Below are positions 41,140 through 52,829 of a stretch of 64,000 bases of DNA, in pieces. The position numbers and the translations under genes were made by a program. Location of the stretch: positions 69,068,001 to 69,132,000 of the forward strand of contig OX597820.1 of assembly GCA_951406725.2 (NCBI GenBank), given 5' to 3'. The stretch is from Octopus vulgaris. Its lineage: Eukaryota. The notes below the pieces were generated by a model that was given only the letters and a program-made list of their open reading frames with translations, ran no database searches and was not told the DNA's origin. Position 1 is the first letter of the stretch, and the number at the start of each line of letters is the position of its first letter.

Positions 41140-43129
41140 GAAAGCTGTTGGTGGATATCCGTTGCTGTTTATACAAAGTCATACACTTACAACACCGCTT
41201 TGTACTAGCTTCCTCACTACAATAAGAAAAACACACGCAAAAAAGAAGAACATCATATACCATTTGCCTGAGGGGATATATATGAGAAACCTGCAAGAGT
41301 GTATAAAAACATGAACCATGTCGAAGAGATGTTCTTGGCATAGTAATAAACAAACGGGGTGAGGAACGAGTACTTAAGGCTGAATGTCCCCAGATTATAT
41401 ATATTGGAACCCCCCACAATTTTTTCTTTTCAGTAGATAGACGGCTCCCATCTGCCTCTGAATACAGTGTAGTAAAGTTCTTTATGTCAACACTGAGTAC
41501 TGTGATGCCATTATTGTGAATTTTCCTTTGTCGTGGAAGATTTTTGATGCTAATATTTTGGGGAAAATGGGATACATAATAATAATAAGTACCAAATTTA
41601 CATTTAGTAATTCAAGTAAAAGAAAAATAAATATATTGAAATCGAAATATAGTAATTTTTTAATGTCGTAAACAAGAGCAAAGAATCTAATGCATCGCCA
41701 GTAATTTGCAAATGTGCTGCTGGTTTCGATTTTCGTTATACTGTATGTCCTTGTTTCGGAAGAGTGAACTGTAGTTTGGGAAGTATGAACTGTAGTTTGG
41801 GAAGTGTCCTGTACAATAGCATTGTTAATGAAACGAAACAAATGTAAAGCGAAATCAAAGAAAATAACACTCGGCACACTAGAGATAACCATTCGTCAAA
41901 AACTATCTCGTAGCTAAAACTTCCATCTTATAATGGAAGACTAAGGAAACGTTAAAGGAGAAAGCAACAGCTATAGCGAAAGTGTTGAAAGAGAGGGAGA
42001 GAAGGTACCATAAAGAAAGGTAAATTAGATAGATGAATATATATGTGAGAGGTAGACAAAATGGGAAGGAGAGAGAGGAAGCACTAATAAGCAATAAATA
42101 GCATAAAGAAGAAAACAGTGTTCTGTAATGGAGAATGGGAAATAGAGAAGTAACGTGATACAATAAAGGCAGTGTTTGAGTGAATGAGAGGAAAAGGGGA
42201 AATATGAAGTCAGTAATAATAATGCAGGGAATAGTCAAAAATATTAATTTCCGCAGCTATGAGCTGAAACTACATCAATATATATATATACACACATACA
42301 TACGTACATAGGTATGTGTGAGAACGTTGTTTAACTTTATATTCATTATTGCAATTGGTATTATTTATTACGTATCACAATATCAATTGTGATATGTATT
42401 CAGGATTCCAATGCTTCATTATTATCGTAATAGTTTTTGTCTAATCGTATTTTTCTAATCTTATCGATTGCAGGAGAGAATGATATATTAAATATTGCTT
42501 TCTTTATTTTTCTAGAACTCTCTTCCTATGAAGCTAGATGTAAAGACTGAATTAGAGGCGAGTATAAAATCTTTCTAATATTACAGTTCCTTTGTTATTC
42601 GTTTTTAAATAACTTTCATTATTCTTATTTAAATTGGCCAAGACAGACAGGCAATACTGCTTTGACGAAAGAGGTTTCATGGTGGACATGACTGAAACCA
42701 ATAAAAATAGATACCTTTTATTTTGACCCAATCTCTCATCACATTTTCCATTTCCACAAGAGGAGGGAGATAAAGAGGGTCTTGCTGTCATTCAGAAAAT
42801 ATCTTGAAAGTGAAATGAGAGGATGAACATGACCGATTGAATACACATGTTCTCAGTAAGCGCCTCTAGACCGGGAAATAAATATTTGATAAGTAACCCA
42901 CTCTTGGTACTCAGGTTAATCCTGAATCCATACAAGTGCTCGATTGGCTCCTTTTCTTGAGATATTGCTACATTTTGTGTGATACGTATACTATCACTTT
43001 CCATTTCATAACATTCCAGTTTCAGAGCAAAACTCTATAAATTCTTTGTAAGCTATTCCTGCAATGTTCACCAGGTTTTGCACATGTGGCAGTTATAAAG
43101 AAAGAAATATTATTATTATCAAGAGAATG

Positions 43130-43943
43130 AAGCGGCAAGATGGCAGAATGGTTAGGTCACCGGACAAAATGCTTAGCGGCATTTCGTCTGTCTATATTCT
43201 GAGTTCAAATTCCGCCGAGGTCGACTTCGCCTTTCATCTTTTGGGGTCAATGAAATAAACACTAGTCAAATACTAGGGTCAATGTAAACGACTATCCCCC
43301 TTCTCCCAAAGGTCCCGAACTTGTGCCTATAGTAGAAAGGATTATTATCAACAGAATCGTTAGAGTGTCGGATAAAATACTTAGTAGAATTTCTTCAAGT
43401 TTTTCTAAGTTTAGGGTACTAATTCTTCCGATGTCAATTATGCCTTTCATCTTTTCGGGTTCGTTGAAATGAGTACCAGTGGAGCATTAAGGTCCATGTA
43501 ATCTCTAACTCCTTTCCCCGCAAAATTTGCAAGCCTTGAACCAAAATTTGAAACCATTATTATTATTATGAAGGCGGTGAGCTGGCAGTATCATTAAAGT
43601 ATCGGACAAAATTTGCGTTATTGCGTTATTTGTTCAAATCCCTTCGGGGCCAACTTTGCCACTCATCTTTCTCTGATCGATAAAATAAATTACAAGTCAA
43701 GTACTTGAGTCGATGGTATCGACTATCCCCCCCTACCCTCGAAAATGTTGGCCTTCTGCTTACATCAGAAATCATAATTATTATTGTTGTTGTTGTTGTT
43801 ATGTGGAATTATAGAATCCTTAGAGGGATGGAAAAATGCCTTAGGATACTTGCTCCGGTTCTTTATGTTCTGATTTCAAATTCCGTTGAGTTTAACTTCT
43901 TTTCATCCTTTCGGAATTGACGAAGTACTAGTCAAGTACTGTG
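43130..43943 (+). mobile_element. Head-to-tail array of four family B SINEs (43130-43345, 43352-43558, 43572-43772, 43805-43943)
   Basis: Each unit repeats GAATCGTTAG-like head..(G/T)TTCAAATTCC..TTTCATC(C/T)TTT..GTAC(C/T)AGT; the first three also have the 3' end CCTTG..AGAA; units are separated by short (ATT)n/(GTT)n. The central block resembles, from memory, the Meta/MESC SINE domain. Confidence 0.85.
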
Positions 43944-44540
43944 ATCTATTATTTTGCCTGTGAGAACCATCTTAATCTGCAGTTTTTATCTTCCTTGGGA
44001 GCTTTCACTGGGTACTGGGTACTGGGTACATGCAGTGGTTTGTTTTCTATGTTCTTGTATACTGGCAGTACGTTACGAGATACGTATGCACTAGCTAGCA
44101 GCCCTAATATTGCTGTACTAATATTGAATTTTATGTATAACAATTTTCTGTTTCCTTCTTTAGTTAGTAAGCAAATCTTGATGATATAGTTCGTAGTGTG
44201 GAGCGCATTGTGCATTGTGACTCTCTTAGTTCTTCTAACGTTTGTAACTCTGTCTTATTCCATTTTACAAAAATTGATGAAAAGCTTAGTATTGCCGAAA
44301 CCCATGTATTCATTTCTTTGATAATATTCCCTCCGTTTAATTTTGTTTCGAGCGCCTTTGGACCTTTTGCATTATCCTGATGTATGTTTGGAGATTTTCT
44401 CTTTCGTTTCTCTATGCATTACATAATCGAGCAGAGTACTTCTATCCCTGGGTACTTCTATCCCTTCTTTTCTCTCAGTAATTTCATGATATCATTTTGA
44501 AGTAATTTTATACAATCTCAATTAATCTTTTGAACTCTCC
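43941..44540 (-). mobile_element. Dong/R4-clade non-LTR retrotransposon fragment (post-RT region), decayed
   Basis: Minus-strand frames: G*KYPGI, HRETKEKI, LETKLNGGNIIKEMNTW...W..TELQTL, MHNALH...L.KEGNRKL...AILGL, NKPLH..QYP, KNCRL...IDH. These match the Dong/R4 motifs YKYLG, SKLNGGN.IKAINTW, MH.ALHP, LYL.RKEGGRGL, K.LHGQ and the zinc knuckle. Overlaps ORF 43949-44215. Confidence 0.85.
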
Positions 44541-44567
44541 ATGTTCTCATTGCTTTTTATCATGACT

Positions 44568-44676
<109 letters not shown>

Positions 44677-44737
44677 ATCATTATTATTATTATAATCATT
44701 ATTATTATTATTTTTGTTGTTGTTGTTATTATTATCA

Positions 44738-44935
44738 CGCCGAGAAAGATGCTTAGCTGCATTTCGTCTGTTTTTACGTTCTGAGTTCAAATTCTGTCGG
44801 AGTCGCCCTTACATTTCATCCTTTCGGTATCGATGAATTAAGTATCAGTTTAGTACTAGGGTCGATGTAATGGACTTACCCCGACCGCCACAAAAAAAAA
44901 AAAAAATTCAGGCCTTGTGCCTTCAGTAGAAAAGT
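44738..44935 (+). mobile_element. Family B SINE flanked by (ATT)n tracts
   Basis: TGCTTAGCTGCATTTCGTCTG..TTACGTTCTGAGTTCAAATTC..TTTCATCCTTTCGGTATCGATGAATTAAGTA..TTCAGGCCTTGTGCCTTCAGTAGAAAAG. Confidence 0.9.
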
Positions 44936-44937
44936 TG

Positions 44938-44986
<49 letters not shown>

Positions 44987-45502
44987 GTATTTCATTGAAA
45001 CTATTATTGTATAAAAAATATCTATTATATATTAGTATATTTTATCATTATTATGCATTATTACTGTTCTATTGAAAATTCTCGCAAGGAATGACCTCAT
45101 TTACAATACCAGTCATATACCACTATTACTTTTGCACTTTTTCTACTGCTTGCCAAAATGAATTCTTGTAGCAGTAGTACTATTAGTAGTTGTTGTTGTT
45201 GTCGTAATAGTAGTAGCTGTAGCAAGAGTGGAAGTGGTGGGTGTTCTTGGTGATTGGAGGCTATATCGAGAGATCACGTCGTCGCTTAAGTCAGTCCTCA
45301 ACCTTGCGTCAACTTCCGGTTGTAACAACGGCATTTACGAGAAGACATTTTCTTGTGGGGGAAAAAGCTAAACCATTCAGCCTACTTTCATGTAAAAATC
45401 TTTATACTCGTGCCATAAAAATCATACAAAAACCCACCTAATAATAACAACAACAACAATAATAACAACCATGATAATAACAAAGATAATAATAATAACA
45501 AT

Positions 45503-45565
<63 letters not shown>

Positions 45566-46447
45566 CATAATCGTTATTGTTTTTTTTTTGTTGGTTTTGT
45601 TGCTGTTATTTATTTATGAACGTCGTTATTATATCAATGTTAAAAGATAGGCTGGTTCACAAGAAGAAATGTAGTAGGGACAGAGAGAGACATGGTGCCT
45701 TGAGGGAAGAAACTGCAGTTCGAACCTTGTATTCCTTCACTGGAAATAAAATAATAATAGTTTTGGTCCCGGATCTTACCCCATCACGATTATGTGACTT
45801 GTCTGAGCGGCTCACGTTCAAAGCTCTCACGCACAGACGTCTTACCTGAAGGGCAATAATACATCTCTAGAAAATTCATCCCACATACACGCACACACAC
45901 ACTTACACACACTCTTACATACGTTCACACACACTCATATTTACATAAACATATGTACGTGCATACATACATATTCATGTTAGTCAATAGCCAATAATTA
46001 TCATTATCGTTGTTGCTGTCGTTATCATCAAAATCTTTGTTGTGATGTTCTTGTTGTTGATGCTATTGTTGTTGTTGTTGTTGTCCTTACTGTTATCACT
46101 GATGTCATCATCATCATCATCATCATCAACTTATCATCATGATCATCGTTTTCTTTATCGTAATTACGTGGTTAATGTAATTTCATGTATTCAAGAAGAA
46201 AAAAAAATATTTTTCTTTTATGCATAAATGCACATACAATTATATAATATACATACATATATATATATATATATATGCATTTACACATACTTACACCTAT
46301 ATACACACACATATATATATATATACATGTATATACATGTATATATATATATACGTACACACACATATATCACATATTTATATATACACATACATAAACA
46401 CACACATATATATGCACATACATATACACATATTTGGGAGGAATCTG

Positions 46448-46483
<36 letters not shown>

Positions 46484-48025
46484 TGTGCGTATGTGTCAGT
46501 GTGTATGTGTATATATACATATATATATATATATATTCACGAAGAAGCACACAGATTATAATATTCTTCAAAACCTTATTTTATTATCAAGAATTTGATT
46601 ATATTTTTATTCATATATTCATTTCTATGTCTATTCATTTTTAAGGTGGGTAGAATTCAGGCTAAATATTTGTCGTTGTTTTCTTGTTGAAGCTTTTGCA
46701 GTTTTCCTTTTCCTTGTTGTAGCTTTTCTCATTGAAATTGAATTTGTTGTTGTTGCTGTGTTATTACTGTTTTTGTTGTTGCCATAGTAAGGCCTCTCCC
46801 TTTTATTGGTATCCTTCAATTAGGAAGAAGAAACAGAACAAATGCGCGTGTGTGTGTGTTGGCATGGGTCGTCGAGAGTTTGTTTCTGCGTAAATGGGTA
46901 TATGTGACATGCATTGATGCGAGCGCGTCTTTTGGTATATATATATATGTTACATTTGAATGCACATGTATGTATTTACATAAATGTACACAACATGTAT
47001 GAAAACCCATTCGATACATATATGCTCGTATGTAATTTTCTTTTTACTTGGATTGTTTCTATGAGGAAGGAAGGATATGGTTCTTAACAAAGAAACAATG
47101 CTCCATCGCTTGAATTTGGTTAACAAAATGTTTTCACACACACATGTATGTTGTGTTTATGAAAATATGTATATAAACATATATAGACTTATATATGTGT
47201 ATGTGAGAATGTATCTATATATAAGTGTATGTGTGTGTATGTATATGTACGTTTTTGTTGAGATATATGAAGGCAATAAAGATTAAATATCGTCTATAAA
47301 ACATTTGATAATCGGATATTTCGGGCAAAAATACCCTTTGTTAAGGGTTCTTTTTAGTTATGGTTCTGTGTTAAGTCTCCTTGTTCAACTATAATGAATA
47401 GTTGGACGTTCAAGTGTTATGTATATATATATTGACTCAAATGTGATAAAGGTGTTCCTGCCCTCTCGGCATAAGCAGCTAGATTACTGACAGAACTGGT
47501 AAACAGGAATCAATTATTCTCACTATAGGTTAGTCCTAACTGGTTCCATATCAACGTGGAAATTGACGGAAACGAGTAGTTACTCAAATGTATTCTTCAT
47601 TAGAATAATCATGCACGTGCAAGGTGTCCCAAACGAAGCTCTTAATACACACACACACACGTCTGTGTGTGTGTACGTGCGCATTTGTGAGCGTTATCAT
47701 GGAGCAACATTTCAAATTGCTTGTAGGTAGGTTTTGATCTCAGGACACAAGAGCACATAACTAAATTTCTATTTTTAATATATTTTAAATATAAGCATCT
47801 TTCATATGAAAACCGCTCAGAGTGGTGTGAGACGTTTTCAGTACTTGAATGAACCTTGCCGGAATGTTCACGGTTGGGATGTTCTTAACGAGATGTTTGA
47901 AAATGAAACTGATATTTGTTTCAAAGTCTACAGCAGTAATACTTGCAATTTTATCACGTGTTGAATATACATCAATAGCAATATCAACATCAACATTAAA
48001 CGCAATATCATGGAATCGACATCAA

Positions 48026-48440
48026 GGCGGCGAGCTGGCAGAAACGTTAGCAACGCCGGGCGAAATGCTTTGCTGTATTTCATCTGTCTTTTATGTTCTG
48101 AGTCCAAATTCCGCTGAGGTTGACTTTGCCTTTCATCCTTTCGGGATCGATAAATCAAGTGCCAGTGGCGTACTGTGGTCGATGTAATTGATTTAATCCT
48201 TTTGTCTGTCCTTGTTTGTCCCCTCTATGTTTAGCCCATTGTTGGTAATAAAGAAATAAGAAACGTTAGCAACGCCGGGCGAAATACTTAGCGGTATTTC
48301 ATGTTTTAACGTTCTAGTTTGACTTTGCCTTTCATCCTTTCGGGGTCGATAAATCAAGTACTATTTGCGTACTGTGGTTGATCTAATCGACTGGCCCCCC
48401 GCCCCCGAAAATTTCAGGCCTGTGTGCCTAGAGTAGAAAA
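48026..48440 (+). mobile_element. Dimeric family B SINE (two monomers with different 3' ends)
   Basis: 27-bp identical AGAAACGTTAGCAACGCCGGGCGAAAT at 48040 and 48259; both units carry GACTTTGCCTTTCATCCTTTCGGG(A/G)TCGATAAATCAAGT. Confidence 0.9.
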
Positions 48441-48750
48441 AAAATATCGTCAACAACATCATAGTCATCGTCGTCAAATAAAACGCTTGCCAGTAAATGT
48501 CTCGTCTTCAGGTGTTGGCTCGCAACAGTTTAATGCAGATCATTAATCTCATTAAGCTCATGGGGTCTCTAAAGGCTCAGCAACCGGTAATGGATATTGT
48601 CCTTTCTTCCAGACTGATCGAGTAGCACAAAAAGAGAAACACAAAAACAAATAACCAAATGGGTGTAAATACGTTTCCTTAAATGAAATTACGTAGAAAA
48701 CTCTTTAGCAATTGAGACGAGACAGTGGTCAATATAAGAAGGAGCAACAA

Positions 48751-48936
<186 letters not shown>

Positions 48937-49577
48937 CAATACCACTCCTGCAACAATTTAAACGGAGTAGGGTTGTTCAACTAGAACAAAAATAAGAGTT
49001 ACTAGTAATTCTCAAACATTTTCAGTATTGTAGTTCCTGCAGGCAATAACAGAGTAATTCTTATACATTTCTTTTACTTTCATTTCTTATTTCTTCCCTC
49101 GAGGTGAAATGTTGACACCAGTGGAGTGAGAGCGGGAGCATTTTCTTGTTCGTTGCTTTTTGTAATGTTAAGTAACAAAAAAAAAAAACACAAGCAAACG
49201 TACAAAGAAATATGCATACAAACGTATAAAGAAAAAAGATGCATGCAAATGTTCAAACGTACGCAACGCGTAAGTGCAAAAGCGAATATTAATACAAAAT
49301 AGAATGAAAATAAAATGGACGAATTATGAAAAGCAGATAAATAAACATATAAACAAATATGTCAGCCGAACCATTAAAGTTTAAGTGAATTGTAAATGAG
49401 GCGGTGTGGAAGCGAAATGAGTTTAAAAACTGGTTTAATGTAAACGATTATATGAGGTCATTTAGTACAGGCATGTAAAATACAAACGAAGAGCTGTATT
49501 TCCTTGATGAATTCAAACACTCAAGAACACTCACAAATGCGCTCACATGCAAACAAACGAGTATATATTACTTTTGT

Positions 49578-49693
49578 GGAGGCGCAATGGCCCAGTAGTT
49601 AGGGCAGCGGACTCGCGGTCGGACGATCGAGGTTTCGATTCCCCGACCGGGCGTTGTGTGTGTTTATTGAGCGAAAATATCTAAAAGCTCCAC
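49578..49693 (+). mobile_element. Family C SINE 5' fragment with tRNA-like head (Pol III A and B boxes)
   Basis: GGAGGCGCAATGGCCCAGTAGTTAGGGCAGCGGACTCGCGGTCGGACGATCGAGGTTTCGATTCCCC; continues into the same body as the 9706-9974 copy. Confidence 0.85.
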
Positions 49694-50119
49694 ATATATA
49701 CAAACAGAAGAATTGGAAGTTTTCGTTGAGTACAATGAAATTGAAAGTCCTTGTAAGTACTATCCTGTTATTTGGTGTACTAGCGTTGGATCCTTACACT
49801 ATTATCATTTTGCGGGTTTTTGAAGGTACAGTTCTTCTATTGTTTTCGGAGAAACAAGATGGGAATTCAACTCAGATGTTGCAATATCCCACTGCTGTAA
49901 GTCACTGCATTAATTCACCAAACTGGATGAGTAATTTTTTCATCAAACTCAAAGAAGTGTACAATAGACCTAAGCTTCATAGAACTCAAACAACAGTAAG
50001 CCGCAACAAACAAGACCAAACTTTCAATCCAACGACGTATCCACACTGTCATTTCGCATACATATCCATAAACCCCCCATCCAAAACTGGCACTCCAGTT
50101 GATCCAATCAACGAAAGAG

Positions 50120-50365
50120 TCCACTAGAGAAATTGATGTGCAATTCACAGACACTCGTACTCTTCAGGAAGTTCTCACAGAGATCCAGTATGACACATGG
50201 GGCTGGCCGTTTGAATTACGGGTTCAACTCATTTTTGCCAGCTGAGGGGACTGAGTCAGCGTGAAATAAAGTGTTTGCTCAAGGACGCAATGCACTACCG
50301 GATAGCGAACTCATGACCTTACGATCGAAAGCCGAATACATTAAACAATAAATCCTGCGCCTTCA
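50120..50365 (-). mobile_element. Family D SINE
   Basis: AACTCATTTTTGCCAGCTGAG..GTGAAATAAAGTGTTTGCTCAAGGAC..CCTTACGATCG..GCGCCTTC, colinear with 7800-8036. Confidence 0.8.
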
Positions 50366-50393
50366 CCCCTTCTTCACACACGCATATATGCCC

Positions 50394-50593
50394 TTACTCT
50401 TTACTCTTTTACTTGTTTCACTCATTTGACTGTGGCCATGCTGGAGCACCGCCTTTAGTCGAGCAAATCGACCCCAGGTCTTATTCTTTGGATGCCTAGT
50501 ACTTATTCTATCGGTCTCTTTTGCTGAACCGCCGGGTTACGTGGACGTAAACACACCATCATCGGTTGTCAAGCGAAGTTGGGGGGGGGGACA

Positions 50594-50638
<45 letters not shown>

Positions 50639-50810
50639 CATATATACGACGGGCTTCTTTCAATTTCCGTCTACTAAATCCACTCACACTTTGGTCGACC
50701 CGAGGCTATAGTAGAAGACACTCGCCCAAGGTGCCATGCAGTGGGACTGAACCCGGAACCATGTGGTTGGTAATCAAGCTACTTACCACACAGCCACTCC
50801 TATCTACGCC
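50394..50810 (-). mobile_element. Family A SINE, full length
   Basis: Reverse complement of all family A blocks, from the (CTCTTTTA)n tail to CTTACCACACAGCCACTCC. Confidence 0.92.
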
Positions 50811-50980
50811 TGTATGTGTATGTATGCTTGGAAACACGCGTCTATGCGTAGTTATATTAATACAAACAAGAACACGCACTCCTGCATCTAAATCATACGT
50901 GTCCTCATCACGTCATATGTTGTAGCTATTACTACTAACACTACTAAAGAAACGACAACAACAAACAACAACTACTACAA

Positions 50981-51027
<47 letters not shown>

Positions 51028-51879
51028 TCTGCCTACACGTCATGAGATTATGAAATGCAGCTGCCACCATGTAATACATGCATCTATACACACACACACA
51101 CATATATATATATAAGTACGTATATGCGTGCATATATGTCATTGTATGTGTGAAACTATTTCAAGATGTTTGTGTATGTTGATAAGGTTATTTATTTATT
51201 TATTGTTGGAATTTCCTGAAATCCTTTATAGAATTATATTTATGATAATGTTTATTCGCCTATTATTCTATTATCGCATTATGTTTTACTGCTCTCTGAT
51301 ATTTCATAGTTTTGTTGTAGTTTAACTCATAATTGTTCTCTGTTTTACCAGTATATTATATATTGTATGCATTTCAGATAGTGCTTACATATGTTTTGCC
51401 TTCATAAGGATACATACAAGTGTGTGATGGTGTCTTATTCAATATATTACCTGATATAAATGATTTGACTTACATAAAAATAAATGCATAGTTATATATA
51501 TATACACGTCGTATTTGAATACGGATGGAGTTGTGAGCTGTATATTTGCAAATGCGCGAAAAATATTCAATATATACAGTAAAATACATACAGACTATTA
51601 TTAATATTATTATTGTTATTATTAGCATTTCGGATCGTAACTGTTGTTTCTTGCAACCTAACGTTTAAACATATCGCTTTAACAATTACAACTGGGAAAA
51701 TGAGATTTGTGAAGTACGAAGTTACAGATTCTTACACACAAATACATAGGTTCTCACCCACCCCACACAATCTCTCTCTCAAGCACAAACATACACGCAT
51801 GCAGATGTATATATATTTATATATATATATATTATACCGTTATTCAAATATAAAGGAGCTTATTCATGAATGTAAAGTT

Positions 51880-52593
51880 TCCTAACATTGAACGAAAGGT
51901 CGAAACTTGTAACATATGAAAAGAGAAGCGCAAGCATTTGTCAAATAAATTTCAGAGATTCATAAGGTCTCAAGGAATATTCTTTGTTTGATTGATAAGC
52001 ATTTTCGGATACCCAAATGTATGAGAAATTTTTAATAGAATTTTTAATAGACATTCATTGAAAGTCTCTTATAGCTACTTCTTCGGCATGAGAAACATTT
52101 TTACATGTAAATCACACATTATTTGATTTCCTTGGTCTATTACATGTACGGTTCATACTCTGAAATGTAATTACAGGTTACTACTCGGTCTCGAGTGTAT
52201 GGTTAGCCCAGAGATTTACAAAGTTGAGATCACTCAGTTCTACAAAATAACGAAACTGAAACGTAAATTGGTCTATGTGTTTGTGACATTAAAATAGAAT
52301 ATGCCAACTACCAGACTTCTTTTCAACATCTAGATAAGGAGAAAACCACTAAGTAGTCATAGCTGGCACCTACTTTACGACAACACATTCTACAGTGAAG
52401 CATCATAGAACGATCTACGCCATACGTAAATGGGTCGAGGAGATGCAGGCTTTAAATAACCGAAAGAAGTCATATCCTTTTAACATATGAGGACTACATC
52501 GACTCATTGATTACTAGATCCGAGATTTTCACTAAATGCAGGCACATCGACAAGTTTCTCTTATCGAACGAGAAACAACCCTCTTCAGATTAG
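51880..52593 (+). mobile_element. Decayed Penelope-like retroelement (Naiad-type), RT-linker plus GIY-YIG endonuclease
   Basis: LIDKHF (51988-52005), IFNRHSLKVSYS (52040-52075), KCNYR...ECMV..EIYKVEIT, then one frame 52261-52593: T*IGLC..DIK..YANYQTSFQH...Q*SIIERSTPYVNGSRRCRL*ITE...LITRSEIFTKCRHIDKFLLSN...*. Confidence 0.9.
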
Positions 52594-52829
52594 ACATTCA
52601 GTCTTTATAGTGTCCAAACCAAACCAACTATTGTTAATTTATGACCTAACAAAACAAAGGGACACAACTTCTATCTCTCTTTGCTCTGTGATCATTGTTT
52701 CTCGTTCCCTTTTTTTTATAGTTTACTTTTTTCTCTTTTTTGTTCATATCCATTTTTTGTTCAGACATCAGCCATATATTTTCAGTGTGAAAAAAATGTA
52801 GTATCAGAATATGAAACCTATAGTAGCCA

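Noticed and set aside
42420-43080. LINE endonuclease remnant on the minus strand (EFIEFCSETG)
   Set aside because: Only one vague motif; not enough to call.
43130-43943. CRISPR-like repeat-spacer array
   Set aside because: Units are ~200-bp diverged SINEs without unique spacers; eukaryotic context and no cas genes.
49578-49652. tRNA gene
   Set aside because: A and B boxes are present but there is no proper acceptor stem, and the sequence continues into the same body as the 9706-9974 copy, so it is a SINE head.
49654-50127. 157-aa ORF as a gene
   Set aside because: Starts inside a family C SINE and ends in a family D SINE; no recognisable motif.
52594-52800. SECIS element behind the Naiad-like ORF
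   Set aside because: ATGA..AA..GA are present but helix II does not pair.
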